Part shown: in pieces, positions 47,935-58,011 of the stretch
Numbering within the stretch: position 1 is the first letter of the stretch
Layout: the number at the start of each line of letters is the position of its first letter
DNA from: an uncultured Pseudomonadota bacterium
GTDB lineage: Bacteria; Vulcanimicrobiota; Vulcanimicrobiia; Eremiobacterales; Eremiobacteraceae
DNA: 64,000 nucleotides
Direction of reading: 5' to 3'
NCBI GenBank assembly: GCA_963736005.1
Contig: CAVTNB010000001.1
Span: 1,152,001-1,216,000, forward strand
Position numbers and translations under genes: made by a program
Notes under the pieces: generated by a model
Databases searched by the model: none
What the model was told of the DNA's origin: nothing
What the model saw: only the letters and a program-made list of their open reading frames with translations

Positions 47935-49343
47935 TTGCTGCTCCGTGGAAGCACGACGATGGTGGGATTAACGAGCACATACTTTTTGGCGATCGAGTAG
48001 ACGTAGTCCGGCGTCAACGACGATACCCTATCGAAATAATCGCCGGACAGCGCAACGTCGGTTGCGCTGGGACTATACGGTAACGCTCCTTGCGCGAAAT
48101 ACCAGCCATAGTTGTCCGCCAGCGCTTCGTCGGTTTGCATGTCGCGCAGCAGATGCGTTACAAAGGCATCGCGCGCTCGCGCGAAGTCGGATTTTGAAAA
48201 CTCATGGCCGACCGCGCTTTGCATCGCACTACGGATGATACCTGGAAGCGTTGCCGGGTCGACCTGTTGACCCGACACGGTGAGGTAGAAAACCCCGGGA
48301 TTGCGCAGCGTGATAAATTGGCCGTTGAAATCTGCCGCGCTGTCAACGGCTGCGATCGTCTTGACGAGCGTTCCATCGCCTTCGTGCGCGAGGTAATCGG
48401 AGAGAAAATCCATGGCCGTTGCTGCCCGCTCGTCTTCAATCGGGGGGCCAATCCAGCCGAGGGCGACGCCGTTCACGGCTGTCTGATCGCTTCGAATCCC
48501 AAATGGGGCGCCCGACGGTGCGGTTTGGGAATTGGGCATTGGTTGCGCAGGGGCACCTGGGGTCGTCAATGGCGACACGTGCTTGAGCACGTCATGAGGA
48601 TCTTGATCGCCGGCCACCACCACGAACTCGCTCTCCGGCACGTAGGCTCGGCCGAGGAATTTCGTGACGTCCGCCAAGGTCATGTCCTTCAGGTTCTTCG
48701 GGTAACCGTACGTGGAATCGCGCAGTGGTCCGCTGGCGAACAACTGCGTAAAGAGCGCATCGCGTAATTGCTGATCCACGACTCCCCCGGCAGCAACTTG
48801 GCCTGCAGCGAGTCGGGTGCGAGCCGAATCAAATGCGGCTTGATCGACATAGGGTCGCGCGGTTGTTGCACTCAGTTTATCGAGGAGCGCAGGCGCGGCG
48901 TACGAGGGAGCGAGGATTGCGATCTCGGTTGATTCGTAGTAGACGGAGACGGCAATCTGGCCTCCCGCGATGCGCGTGGCGTCACGCAGCGAAAGGCTTG
49001 TTGCCGACTTCTCGTCGAGCAGCGCCAGGGCAGCCAGCCGGGCTATGCCAGGGCGGGACGAATCGTAGTCGTTCGAGGGGCAACGAATCCAAACTTCCAG
49101 GGCGACGACCGGCGCGGCACCTGCCTTACGGGCAACTATCGTGAGACCGTTGGGAAACTGTTGAGTCAGCGTTGGGGTGCCAAGCGATGGGGTGGCGCCG
49201 GCAGTCGGGGCCGTGGCGATTTGCGAGGCTTGGGCGACTTTACAGTCGCCCACTACGAGACAAGCGCGGAAGCGAGTGAAGCGGGAGAGCGAGCGAAAAA
49301 AAGCGCGGCGAGTGCGCCGCGCGCTTTGGACGGTTGCTGGCAA
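47931..49343 (-). CDS. M16 peptidase-like protein lacking HxxEH (start uncertain, possibly ATG 49351 with an indel)
   Basis: FPNGLTIV; VALEVWI; PGIARLAALAL in place of GxAHxxEH; VVVAGD; LTPDYVYSIAKKY. Confidence 0.75.
   Translation of the reverse strand: MPATVQSARRTRRAFFRSLSRFTRFRACLVVGDCKVAQASQIATAPTAGATPSLGTPTLTQQFPNGLTIVARKAGAAPVVALEVWIRCPSNDYDSSRPGIARLAALALLDEKSATSLSLRDATRIAGGQIAVSVYYESTEIAILAPSYAAPALLDKLSATTARPYVDQAAFDSARTRLAAGQVAAGGVVDQQLRDALFTQLFASGPLRDSTYGYPKNLKDMTLADVTKFLGRAYVPESEFVVVAGDQDPHDVLKHVSPLTTPGAPAQPMPNSQTAPSGAPFGIRSDQTAVNGVALGWIGPPIEDERAATAMDFLSDYLAHEGDGTLVKTIAAVDSAADFNGQFITLRNPGVFYLTVSGQQVDPATLPGIIRSAMQSAVGHEFSKSDFARARDAFVTHLLRDMQTDEALADNYGWYFAQGALPYSPSATDVALSGDYFDRVSSLTPDYVYSIAKKYVLVNPTIVVLPRSSK
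49231..49256 (-). repeat. REP family D in the 5' coding region of the M16-like gene
   Basis: Minus strand GTAG-TGGGCGACT-GTAA-AGTCGCCCA, matches 28649-28673. Confidence 0.75.
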
Positions 49344-49355
49344 TGCTTCATCGCG

Positions 49356-51296
49356 TTATGCAGGTTCCGGTGGCGGGAAGGGAAGCACCGAGGGCGTGAC
49401 TCTTGGCTTCTCTTCCTTGGGTGCGCTCGTTGCCGCGGCCGCTCGATCGGGCACGACTTCTTCCGGTGCAGCCGGCTTCGGCGACGGCTGGGGACTGTCG
49501 GAAAGCAGACGGTCGACTTCATCCGCTTCGACAGTTTCCTTCTCGAGCAAAGCTTCCGCCAAACGGTGCAGCTTGTCGATGTTGGTTTCGAGCAAATGGT
49601 AGGCGTTAGCGTAGCACGTGTCGATGATCGTCCGCACCTCGGTATCGATTTGACTTGCAACTTCTTCTGAATAGTTGCGCTCTTCAACGATGTCGCGGCC
49701 CAAGAAGACTTGTTCGTGCTTTTTGCCAAGCGCGATCGGCCCGATTTTTGGACTCATGCCGAATTCCATAACCATCTTGCGGGCCAGCGTGGTTGCCTTT
49801 TGCAAGTCGTCATGGGCACCGGTCGTGTTCTCTTGAAAGATCAGCTCTTCAGCAGCGCGCGCACCGAGCAACACCATGATGCGGTCGACGATTTCGGCTT
49901 TGGTCATGAGGTAGCGGTCTTCGGTGGGCAGCTGCATGGTGATGCCGAGCGCCATACCACGCGGAATAATCGTCACCTTGTGCAAAGGATCGGCGTTGGG
50001 CAGAAGCTTCGCCGTCAAGGCGTGGCCACTTTCGTGGTAAGCGACGAGTTCTTTCTCTCGCTGGCTCATGATGCGGCTCTTGCGCTCTGGACCGGCAATG
50101 ACTCGATCGATAGCTTCTTCGCAGTCTTTCATATCGATCTGTGTCTTATCTCCGCGCGCGGCAAGCAAGGCTGCCTCGTTGAGCAAGTTTTCGAGATCGG
50201 CGCCTGAGAAGCCGGGGGTCCGACGCGCGAGCACCTCAAGCCGTACGTCCGGCGCGAGTGGTTTGTTGCGCGCATGCACCGCGAGGATCTGCGCCCGTCC
50301 GACGACGTCCGCTCGATCGACGACCACTTGACGGTCAAAACGACCAGGCCGCAACAGCGCTGGGTCGAGGACGTCGGGCCGGTTGGTTGCAGCGATCAAG
50401 ATAACGCCGGTGTTGGCTTCGAAGCCATCCATTTCAACGAGCAGCTGATTGAGGGTCTGTTCGCGCTCGTCGTGTCCGCCGCCCAAGCCTGCTCCGCGCT
50501 GACGCCCGACGGCGTCGATTTCATCGATGAAGATAATGCATGGTGCGCTCTTTTTGGCTTGCTCGAAAAGATCGCGCACGCGCGATGCGCCAACACCCAC
50601 GAACATTTCCACGAAATCCGAACCGGAGATGCTAAAGAACGGCACGCCCGCTTCGCCGGCGATAGCGCGCGCGAGCAGGGTCTTTCCGCTCCCAGGCGGA
50701 CCAAGCAGCAGCAGACCTTTTGGTATCCGCGCGCCCAATTGTTGAAACTTCTTGGGGTATTTGAGAAACTCGACAACCTCGCTCAGTTCCTGTTTGGCCT
50801 CGTCGACGCCGGCGACGTCCGCAAATGTGACCTTCGGCCGATTTTCCGTCAGCAGCTTCGCACGGCTGCGCCCAAACGAGAGTGCCTGACTACCTCCGGC
50901 TTGGAGGTTGCGAGCGATGACAAAAAAGAGAATGATAGCAAGGGCAATTGGGGCGACGAAGACGAGCAGCGTCGTCGAAATCCCGTTGGTGTTGGGCGGG
51001 TTTTCGGCGCCAACCGTAATGTTGTGCGAGTGGAGGAGGTTGGTGAGGTCCCTATTGGATCCAAAAGGAATCTGCACGACCTCTTGATGGTCGCCCACGA
51101 GTTTGACGGTTGCGGAGGTTTGGCCGACGTCGACCTCGCTGATCGACTCCGGCATCTTGTCGATACGATTGAGGAGATCGCTATAGGACGGCGGCTTCGG
51201 GACCTGGACCTGTCGCTGGTAGTAGCTATACCCAAAGAGGAAGATGAGGGCCACGGCGACCACCCAGAACAACCATCGAAGAACTTTGGCGACCAA
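49356..51296 (-). CDS. ftsH: ATP-dependent zinc metalloprotease FtsH
   Basis: Two TMs; [39 protein letters not shown]. Confidence 0.98.
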   Translation of the reverse strand: MVAKVLRWLFWVVAVALIFLFGYSYYQRQVQVPKPPSYSDLLNRIDKMPESISEVDVGQTSATVKLVGDHQEVVQIPFGSNRDLTNLLHSHNITVGAENPPNTNGISTTLLVFVAPIALAIILFFVIARNLQAGGSQALSFGRSRAKLLTENRPKVTFADVAGVDEAKQELSEVVEFLKYPKKFQQLGARIPKGLLLLGPPGSGKTLLARAIAGEAGVPFFSISGSDFVEMFVGVGASRVRDLFEQAKKSAPCIIFIDEIDAVGRQRGAGLGGGHDEREQTLNQLLVEMDGFEANTGVILIAATNRPDVLDPALLRPGRFDRQVVVDRADVVGRAQILAVHARNKPLAPDVRLEVLARRTPGFSGADLENLLNEAALLAARGDKTQIDMKDCEEAIDRVIAGPERKSRIMSQREKELVAYHESGHALTAKLLPNADPLHKVTIIPRGMALGITMQLPTEDRYLMTKAEIVDRIMVLLGARAAEELIFQENTTGAHDDLQKATTLARKMVMEFGMSPKIGPIALGKKHEQVFLGRDIVEERNYSEEVASQIDTEVRTIIDTCYANAYHLLETNIDKLHRLAEALLEKETVEADEVDRLLSDSPQPSPKPAAPEEVVPDRAAAATSAPKEEKPRVTPSVLPFPPPEPA

Positions 51297-51326
51297 ATGA
51301 GACTCCTTCGAGACGCGCGCGCGGTT

Positions 51327-51917
51327 TTAGCCGCTTGTCTTTTTGCCGTCCCCTATATCGTTACGCCCGAACCCGGCTTGTAGCTGTCTGATGTGTGGCA
51401 GATTGCGAAAATGTTCTTGAAAATCCAAACCGTAACCTACCAAGAAGCAGTCCCTTGGCGCGACGAGCCCGGCGAAATCTGGTTGCACGTCAACCGCACG
51501 ATGGAACGGTTTGTTGATAAGAGCGCACGATTGCACGCTTGCTGCGTTCCGGCTCTTCAAGTTGTTGAGGAGATAAGCAAGCGTGTAACCTTCATCTACA
51601 ATATCTTCAATGAGCAAGAGATGCTTGCCGGAGGGGCTTTGATCCAAATCTTTCAGGAGTCGAACGTCGGTGTTCGTCGTGCGCCCGGTCCCGTAAGAAC
51701 TAACGACCATGAAGTCAAGGGTCAGGGGGTAGTCTCCTAGCGCGCGGATCAAGTCCGCGGTGAAAGTCAGAGCACCTTTGAGGATACCGACGGCAACGAG
51801 CGGGCGTCCTTGGTTGCGCGCTCGGATTTCGTCGGCGACGCGCGCGACCGCATTCGCGATGTCGTCCACGCTGAAAATCACATCGCCCAACTCGACCTGG
51901 GTTACCAATTCCCTCAT
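51327..51917 (-). CDS. hpt: Hypoxanthine phosphoribosyltransferase
   Basis: ILKGA; VSSYG; LIEDIVDEGYTL; VGYGLD...RNLP. Confidence 0.93.
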   Translation of the reverse strand: MRELVTQVELGDVIFSVDDIANAVARVADEIRARNQGRPLVAVGILKGALTFTADLIRALGDYPLTLDFMVVSSYGTGRTTNTDVRLLKDLDQSPSGKHLLLIEDIVDEGYTLAYLLNNLKSRNAASVQSCALINKPFHRAVDVQPDFAGLVAPRDCFLVGYGLDFQEHFRNLPHIRQLQAGFGRNDIGDGKKTSG

Positions 51918-51930
51918 GTTATGCGCTCTC

Positions 51931-53310
51931 TTAAATATCGGCTGCCCGCCACCCCACCTCAAGGACTGGACTTCGCGACTTAGGCACATACGGTTCCATC
52001 ACGCGCCGGCCGAGGACCGCGGCAATGCGACCTCCGGCACAGAGGAGCGCGACATTGGACCGGCGGGAGAGCGACACGCCAGCCTTCCCCAAGAAGCGGG
52101 CAAGCGAAACCGGCCGACGATGGCCGGACGGAACGCACGTGTCGCCCTTCCTCGGCCCGCGCAGTTCGACGGGCCCGTTGCCCAGCAGGCCGGCAGCATC
52201 GAGGAATTGAGCCGGACTCGCCGCGTCGCGTCGCTCTCTTTTGCCGTGCTTGTGCAAGAAAAACGTGGCCGTTCCCGCGGGGGTCGAGTACGAGGCGGGG
52301 AGTTTTGTGAGGTCAACCGTGACTGGTGTGAAGACTGAGCCACCCTGCGCTCCCGTCTCCACCACAAACTTGCCGCTCGAAAGCACGACCGTTGTCGCGC
52401 CTGCATGATAGCGTCCCCCGCGACCTTGTTTGATCGCTCGCGCAATGGCGTCGCAGTGCTCGAAAGAAAAATTTCGCAGACCCGCTCCGCTGGCCTCAAC
52501 CGCTTGGCGAATGACTCTGCGCAGCAGCGCAATGGGCAAGCGGCGCAAAGGCGCGACAGAGAGCTCGAGCGAGTTCTCGATGCGGGCTTGACTCCAGGCC
52601 GCAACGCTCATGCCGTGGAGCAGTTCGCGGTCGTCTGCAAGCAGGGCTGCGGAGCGGGCAATGCCGCGGTTGGATTGTGGCAGGACAGTTTCGAGCGCTG
52701 CGAGCAACGTCCGAACCGCGTTGCGAGGAACGCGTACATCAGCGTTTGTTTCGTCCTCGGAAAACGGCACCCGGCGCGAGCGGACGAATTCCCGGCACTG
52801 CATCTTTGTTGCCCACAATAAAGGACGAGCGAGCATGACGCCATCGCAAAGCGCTCGGCTCGGCCGCATGGCCGCAACCCCATCAATGCCACTGCCCCGA
52901 GCGAGCGCAAGGAGCGATGTTTCGACGAGATCGTCGCGCTGGTGACCTGTGAGCACGACCGCTGCGCCCGCGCTGCGGGCCACCGATTCGAGCTCCCGGT
53001 AGCGTGCGTTGCGCGCTCGCTCCTCCGGCGACTCTCGCGCTGGTTGCAGCGGACCTAACTTGCGCACGACCACCTTGGCCTTTGCGGCTCGCGCCTGCGC
53101 TCGCACTGCCGTGACGTCGCGTTCGATGCTCTTGGGTGGGCGCAATCCGTGGTCAACGTAGCAGACCAACAGTTTGGCTTTCGGAGCTATTTCACGAGCG
53201 AGCAGCAACGACGCGGCGCTATCGGCGCCTCCCGAACAGGCGACGATCACGGGGCCCGCATCGAGTTGCACGCCAAGCAACCGGCACGCCCGCTCGTACA
53301 GCGCGACCAT
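51931..53310 (-). CDS. tilS: tRNA(Ile)-lysidine synthetase
   Basis: ACSGGADS; DHGLR; EERARNARY; GHQRDDLVET; RPLL; DETN; RN. Confidence 0.93.
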   Translation of the reverse strand: MVALYERACRLLGVQLDAGPVIVACSGGADSAASLLLAREIAPKAKLLVCYVDHGLRPPKSIERDVTAVRAQARAAKAKVVVRKLGPLQPARESPEERARNARYRELESVARSAGAAVVLTGHQRDDLVETSLLALARGSGIDGVAAMRPSRALCDGVMLARPLLWATKMQCREFVRSRRVPFSEDETNADVRVPRNAVRTLLAALETVLPQSNRGIARSAALLADDRELLHGMSVAAWSQARIENSLELSVAPLRRLPIALLRRVIRQAVEASGAGLRNFSFEHCDAIARAIKQGRGGRYHAGATTVVLSSGKFVVETGAQGGSVFTPVTVDLTKLPASYSTPAGTATFFLHKHGKRERRDAASPAQFLDAAGLLGNGPVELRGPRKGDTCVPSGHRRPVSLARFLGKAGVSLSRRSNVALLCAGGRIAAVLGRRVMEPYVPKSRSPVLEVGWRAADI

Positions 53311-53332
53311 GGTCGCAAGATCGCTTATGCGA

Positions 53333-53809
53333 CTAGCGGCGTCGCGCTCGCTCGAGTTCGCGGCGAACTTCTCGTTCTTTAATCGCCTCGCGTTTGTCAT
53401 ACATTTTCTTGCCACGCGCAAGCCCCACTTCAACTTTCACGTGATTGTGGCGGAAATAGATCCGCAAAGGCAAGAGCGTGAGCCCCTTTTCTTGCAGTTT
53501 GCCCGAGAGGCGTGACAGCTCTTTACGATGCAACAAGAGTTTGCGATCGCGGCGCGGCTCGTGTTGCGAGAAGAACGTCCCCTGTTCGTACGGCGGTATA
53601 TGCACGTTGGCGAGCCACGCCTCGCCTTTCGCGAGCCGCACAAAACCATCGACTAACGAGCAGCCGTTCTTTCGCAGGCTCTTGACCTCCGTGCCGGTGA
53701 GCACCACCCCTGCCTCGTTGGTGTCCAAAATTGCGTAGTCATGAAACGCTTTGCGGTTGGAGGCGATAGTCTTGGTGCCGGCCCGCGCGTCAGCGCTCCT
53801 TGCCGGCAT
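53333..53809 (-). CDS. smpB: SsrA-binding protein
   Basis: [35 protein letters not shown]. Confidence 0.97.
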   Translation of the reverse strand: MPARSADARAGTKTIASNRKAFHDYAILDTNEAGVVLTGTEVKSLRKNGCSLVDGFVRLAKGEAWLANVHIPPYEQGTFFSQHEPRRDRKLLLHRKELSRLSGKLQEKGLTLLPLRIYFRHNHVKVEVGLARGKKMYDKREAIKEREVRRELERARRR

Positions 53810-54206
53810 CCGCGACGAACCTCCCTTGACCTTCCGCATACACCGTGCCATCTTCGCCGCTGACGGTCGCGCTCAATGTCAACAGACGGCCGCGCCGTCC
53901 TTCGACTCGGCCTTCAGCCACGAGCGGCTGGTCGATGGGAGCGGCTTTTCGAAAGCGAATTTCCAGTCGGCCCGTGACAGCGCGTATGCCCGCGGCGATG
54001 GCCGCATGCGCCATTGCTTCGTCGAGCAGCGTAGCGACAATGCCGCCATGCAGAATTGTCGTCCATCCTGCAAAGCGTCGCTGTGGAACGAAGACCGCGC
54101 GGGCGCTACCGTCGCCGTAGGCAAAACTCAACTGCATCCCCTCCGCGTTATCAGGGCCGCAGGCAAAGCAACGGCGATCGTCGGCTAATGTAGATTCGCC
54201 CATCAA
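53790..54206 (-). CDS. PaaI family (hotdog) thioesterase
   Basis: [21 protein letters not shown]. Confidence 0.88.
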   Translation of the reverse strand: MMGESTLADDRRCFACGPDNAEGMQLSFAYGDGSARAVFVPQRRFAGWTTILHGGIVATLLDEAMAHAAIAAGIRAVTGRLEIRFRKAAPIDQPLVAEGRVEGRRGRLLTLSATVSGEDGTVYAEGQGRFVADAGKER

Positions 54207-54979
54207 TAGCCCAGGGAAAGGCGCTCGCTGAGCTGTGGCGGCAGCTCGACACTTTCCATTTTTTCACGAACCCTCATCACGTCATAGGTCACCCGTCGGA
54301 TTTCGATCACGCTCGCTGCGTCGTCGAACAGAGCAAAGGAGGCCTGCGGATTGCGGTCGCGAGGCTGCCCGACGCTGCCCGGGTTGACGATGTAGCGAAA
54401 TTGCGGCGCCACCTCGATGCGGCCTCCGCGTGATAACCGCTGGTGAAATGTGCGCCCGTGGGCAAGCGGAGCTGAAGAGTCAGGCGGATCTGAAGATCCG
54501 CCGCTACATTGCTGAAAGTAGACCTCGGCGACATGCGTGTGCCCAATAAAGGTCACGGGCTTTTTGACTCGCTCGAATGCCGTCCGTGCGTCGGTCACGC
54601 CGAGAATGTATTGGAAGTGGAACGTGGGAGCTCCGTGCACGATCTCAAACGTATCAAATTGCAGCTCGCGCGGCAGGCGCGCCAGATACGCGCGATTTTT
54701 CGGAGTAAGTTCGCTTCGAGTCCACGCAATCGCCTGGACGGCAAGTGCGTTGAAACTGTCGGCAGCATCGTCAGCGACTGCGGCTTCGTCGTGATTGCCA
54801 GCGATGGCGAGGCAGTCGCGCTCCTGAAGCAGATTGCAACATTCATTTGGACTTGGGCCATAGCCGACAATATCGCCCAAGCACACGAGGCGGTCGATCC
54901 CAAGTGCGTCGAGTTCTGCGACGACTGTGGTCAGCGCATCGTAGTTCGAGTGAATGTCTGAAAGAATGCCATAGCGCAT
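54203..54979 (-). CDS. Calcineurin-like metallophosphoesterase
   Basis: SDIHSN; LGDIVGYG; GNHD; VHG; GHTH; NPGSVGQPRD. Confidence 0.92.
   Translation of the reverse strand: MRYGILSDIHSNYDALTTVVAELDALGIDRLVCLGDIVGYGPSPNECCNLLQERDCLAIAGNHDEAAVADDAADSFNALAVQAIAWTRSELTPKNRAYLARLPRELQFDTFEIVHGAPTFHFQYILGVTDARTAFERVKKPVTFIGHTHVAEVYFQQCSGGSSDPPDSSAPLAHGRTFHQRLSRGGRIEVAPQFRYIVNPGSVGQPRDRNPQASFALFDDAASVIEIRRVTYDVMRVREKMESVELPPQLSERLSLGY
54483..54508 (-). repeat. REP family A variant inside the metallophosphoesterase ORF
   Basis: GGCGGATCT-GA-AGATCCGCC-GCTACA, with compensatory stem changes relative to family A. Confidence 0.75.
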
Positions 54980-55035
54980 TCAGGTGAACAGTCCTCTGTA
55001 GTTGGAGTCGCCGCAGTTCCCTCCGCTCCCGGAGC

Positions 55036-55572
55036 TCACCTCTGGAGGCGCAAACGATCGACAGTGCGCGTGACGCCGGGGACACCGCGAACGGTTTCCC
55101 TGACCAGGGTGTGGACAGTCTTACTTGGCACTGTGCCCTCGAGCGTGACCACCCCGTTGTGGGCGCCGACCTGGATCTTTAACGCGTTGACTCCGGTTTG
55201 CGCGGCAATCGCAGCTTGAACCCGCGCCTGCAACTCAAGGTCCGCTGCAATTTCATTGGCGGTCGGTGCCTTCGGGTTGACTTTCAGCCGATCGTCGATC
55301 CCTGCGATACCGGCAATGCCACGCACTGCTTGGTCGACCTGCATGCGTTCTTGATCGGAGTGCACTTGGCCAGACAGGGTCACTCTCCGGTTTTCGACTT
55401 CCACGTTCACAAGCGAAACCGTTGCCGGATCGATGGTCGCGATTTTCGTTCGGACTTGAGCAGCAATGAACGCGTCGTTGGCCGTGGACTTTGCCCGTTG
55501 TTGTTGGGAGGCGGTGCAGCCGCTGCACGCAAGCACCAGAAGTGCCAGGCTGGCGATCGTGATGAATTTCAT
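55036..55572 (-). CDS. BON-domain lipoprotein (two BON domains)
   Basis: Lipobox-like LACSGC; D..I...V...I...V.V....VTLSG pattern twice. Confidence 0.88.
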   Translation of the reverse strand: MKFITIASLALLVLACSGCTASQQQRAKSTANDAFIAAQVRTKIATIDPATVSLVNVEVENRRVTLSGQVHSDQERMQVDQAVRGIAGIAGIDDRLKVNPKAPTANEIAADLELQARVQAAIAAQTGVNALKIQVGAHNGVVTLEGTVPSKTVHTLVRETVRGVPGVTRTVDRLRLQR

Positions 55573-55592
55573 TGTTCGAGCTCTCCTGTGGC

Positions 55593-56846
55593 TCACCGAA
55601 GCGTCCTCGTCCGCGAGAAAGGCACAGCATCAACCCACGTGCGCGCCGGAATGAGGGTGATGCCTTCTGGAACGACGACGATCGCATCGGCAAAGGCCAA
55701 GATATGCAATTGTGAAGAGGTCCCCAGAATCGGCGTTGCGGTCAATCCATCTCCCGAGCGATCGAGTTGCACCGGGATGCGGTATTCAAGGCCAGGCTCG
55801 ACTTCGATCGGCGCCGTCAGGCGCGCGCGTAGCGGCAGGGTCGAGTCAACTTTGTTAAACATGCGCAGCAAGATGGGCTTTGCCAGCGCTTCAAGCATGA
55901 CGAGCGCCGAAACCGGATTGCCTGGAAGGCCGATCACGGGTCGATCGCCCACCATCGCAAGAAGCACTGGGCGCCCTGGTCTCACGCGAACGCCATGGAC
56001 GATCACTCCCGGTTCTCCCGCCTCGCTCACCAAGCCAGGAGTGTAATCGCGAGTGCCGACACTCGAGCCACCGGAAATCATGACCCCGTCGCATTCATCT
56101 AAAGCCTTGGAGAGCGCGCGCGCAAATATGTCACGATCGTCGGCGACGCGTCCGTAGCGTTGGGGGGTAAATCCCAGAGCGCACAGAGCTGCGCAGATCA
56201 TCACCCCATTGGACTCGCGAATCTGTCCAGGCCCAAGTTGAACGCCTGGCGGCACGAGTTCGTCACCCGTGATGAGCACCGCGATGCGAGGCGACGCATA
56301 GATGTCGACCGCATCGATACCGGCGGCCGCCAGCAAACCGAGCGCGGGCGGATCGAGTACGCGTCCGGGTTCGAACAGCAAGTCGCCGGCCGCAACGTCG
56401 CTCCGCGCGCGATTGATGCGGTCGGCGCAGTCGAGCCCATCGAAGACAAGAACCTCTGCGTCTTTGGTTTCCGTATCTTCAATCTTGACGACGCCGGACG
56501 TTCCCTTGGGCAGCGCGCCGCCTGTGGGAACGATGACTGCGCATCCGCGCTCGAGGCGCGCCGGTGCAGCCTTGCCCATCTGCACTTCGCCCGACACACG
56601 CAAACGCACCGGAGTTTCGCGCGACGCGGTTCGCACGTCTTCGGCAATGATGGCGAAACCGTCCACCATCGATCGGTCGAACGAAGGGACATCCTCAGGA
56701 GCGAGAACTGCCTGGGCGAGAATTCGTCCCTCGAGGTGGTTCAAAGCGGCCCGCTCCACTTTTGCCTTGCGGATTGGGAACTCGGCCATGGCATCCAGCG
56801 CCGCGGATATAGTGATTCGCCGCAATGGTGAGCGAACTGTAGCTAT
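55593..56846 (-). CDS. moeA: Molybdopterin molybdotransferase MoeA (start uncertain: ATA 56846 or TTG 56825)
   Basis: PSFDRSMVDGFA; TGG.LP; TGDEL; SGGSSVG.RD; RPGRP; LPGNPVS. Confidence 0.93.
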   Translation of the reverse strand: MATVRSPLRRITISAALDAMAEFPIRKAKVERAALNHLEGRILAQAVLAPEDVPSFDRSMVDGFAIIAEDVRTASRETPVRLRVSGEVQMGKAAPARLERGCAVIVPTGGALPKGTSGVVKIEDTETKDAEVLVFDGLDCADRINRARSDVAAGDLLFEPGRVLDPPALGLLAAAGIDAVDIYASPRIAVLITGDELVPPGVQLGPGQIRESNGVMICAALCALGFTPQRYGRVADDRDIFARALSKALDECDGVMISGGSSVGTRDYTPGLVSEAGEPGVIVHGVRVRPGRPVLLAMVGDRPVIGLPGNPVSALVMLEALAKPILLRMFNKVDSTLPLRARLTAPIEVEPGLEYRIPVQLDRSGDGLTATPILGTSSQLHILAFADAIVVVPEGITLIPARTWVDAVPFSRTRTLR

Positions 56847-56906
56847 GCTGACCCCTCCAAGACGCCGATATTCTTCTAGGAAGGCTGCATAACGCCTGGA
56901 GGACGC

Positions 56907-58001
56907 ATGTACCCACACAGACTCGATGATCTCTTGATCGGCATCGTAGAGAAAAACGCATCGGACTTGCATTTGGTCGTTGGCAGCCCGCCGATGATGC
57001 GTCTCAATGGGGTCCTTCAGCCGATCGTGGACGAAAAAGTTTCGCCCGAAGATGCACAAGCGCTGCTCACCTCGATCCTCACAAAAGAGCAGGTCGATAA
57101 CCTCAATGAGCAGCGCGAGATCGACTTGGCGTATGCGATGGTTGGCGTCGCTCGCTTTCGCGTCAACGCGTGCTTCGAACGAGGCAGTGTCTCCGCGACC
57201 TTCCGAAACATTCCGGACACCCCGCCGTGGCTCGAGGAAATGGGCTTCCCCGAAGTCGTCGGCGCGCAAACTCTGAAGCCGCGCGGTCTGGTCCTCGTGA
57301 CTGGGCCAACCGGATCGGGTAAGTCAACGACGCTCGCGGCAATGATCAACTACATGAACCGCCACCGGAATTCACGCGTGATTACGATCGAGGATCCGAT
57401 TGAGTTTCTCCACTCCAATATTCAGTGCATTATCACGCAGCGCGAGCTCCACCGAGACACCCATTCCTTTGCCAATGCCCTCCGCTCGGCGCTGCGCCAG
57501 GATCCCGACGTGATCCTCATCGGCGAAATGCGAGACCTCGAGACGATCGCGCTTGCCTTGACCGCGGCCGAAACGGGCCACCTTGTTTTTGGTACCTTGC
57601 ACGTGACGTCTGCTGCGGAATCGATCAACCGAATTATTGACGTCTTCCCGCCAGAACAACAGGAACAAATCCGACTGCAGATGGCGGGTGTCTTAGAGGC
57701 CGTGTTTACGCAGACGCTCGTGCCGAAAGTGGATGGCAGCGGGCGGGTGTGCGCCATGGAAATTCTTTTGGGTACCCCTGCCGTCCGGAATCTCATCCGC
57801 GAGAACAAACCGGCTCAAATTCTTAGCGCGATGCAGACCGGTCAAAACGTCGGCATGCAGACGCTCGACAAGCAGTTGGCAAAATATGTCAACGATGGAC
57901 TGGTCACGCTGGACGCGGCCCTCGAGAAGGCATTGAGTACCGATGAAGTTAGGCGCTACGTCACGCAAAAAGACGAACCGCGTCGCGCCTCTTCGTTCTA
58001 G
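56907..58001 (+). CDS. pilT: Type IV pilus retraction ATPase PilT
   Basis: ASDLHL; GPTGSGKSTT; EDPIE; RQDPDVILIGEMRD; ETGHLVFGTLH; AVRNLIRE; GMQT. Confidence 0.95.
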   Translation: MYPHRLDDLLIGIVEKNASDLHLVVGSPPMMRLNGVLQPIVDEKVSPEDAQALLTSILTKEQVDNLNEQREIDLAYAMVGVARFRVNACFERGSVSATFRNIPDTPPWLEEMGFPEVVGAQTLKPRGLVLVTGPTGSGKSTTLAAMINYMNRHRNSRVITIEDPIEFLHSNIQCIITQRELHRDTHSFANALRSALRQDPDVILIGEMRDLETIALALTAAETGHLVFGTLHVTSAAESINRIIDVFPPEQQEQIRLQMAGVLEAVFTQTLVPKVDGSGRVCAMEILLGTPAVRNLIRENKPAQILSAMQTGQNVGMQTLDKQLAKYVNDGLVTLDAALEKALSTDEVRRYVTQKDEPRRASSF

Positions 58002-58011
58002 CAGCCCCCTG

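Noticed and set aside
50274..51383. Long antisense ORFs (369 aa here; also 9278-10303, 5436-6350, 59606-60541)
   Set aside because: Shadow ORFs opposite well-conserved genes, expected in GC-rich DNA; no motifs
53333..53851. tmRNA (ssrA) next to smpB
   Set aside because: Flanking genes abut or overlap smpB, so there is no room and no tRNA-like ends
56850..57269. N-terminal extension of MoeA in the ORF track (558 aa)
   Set aside because: It overlaps the divergent pilT gene; MoeA homology starts only at about 56846
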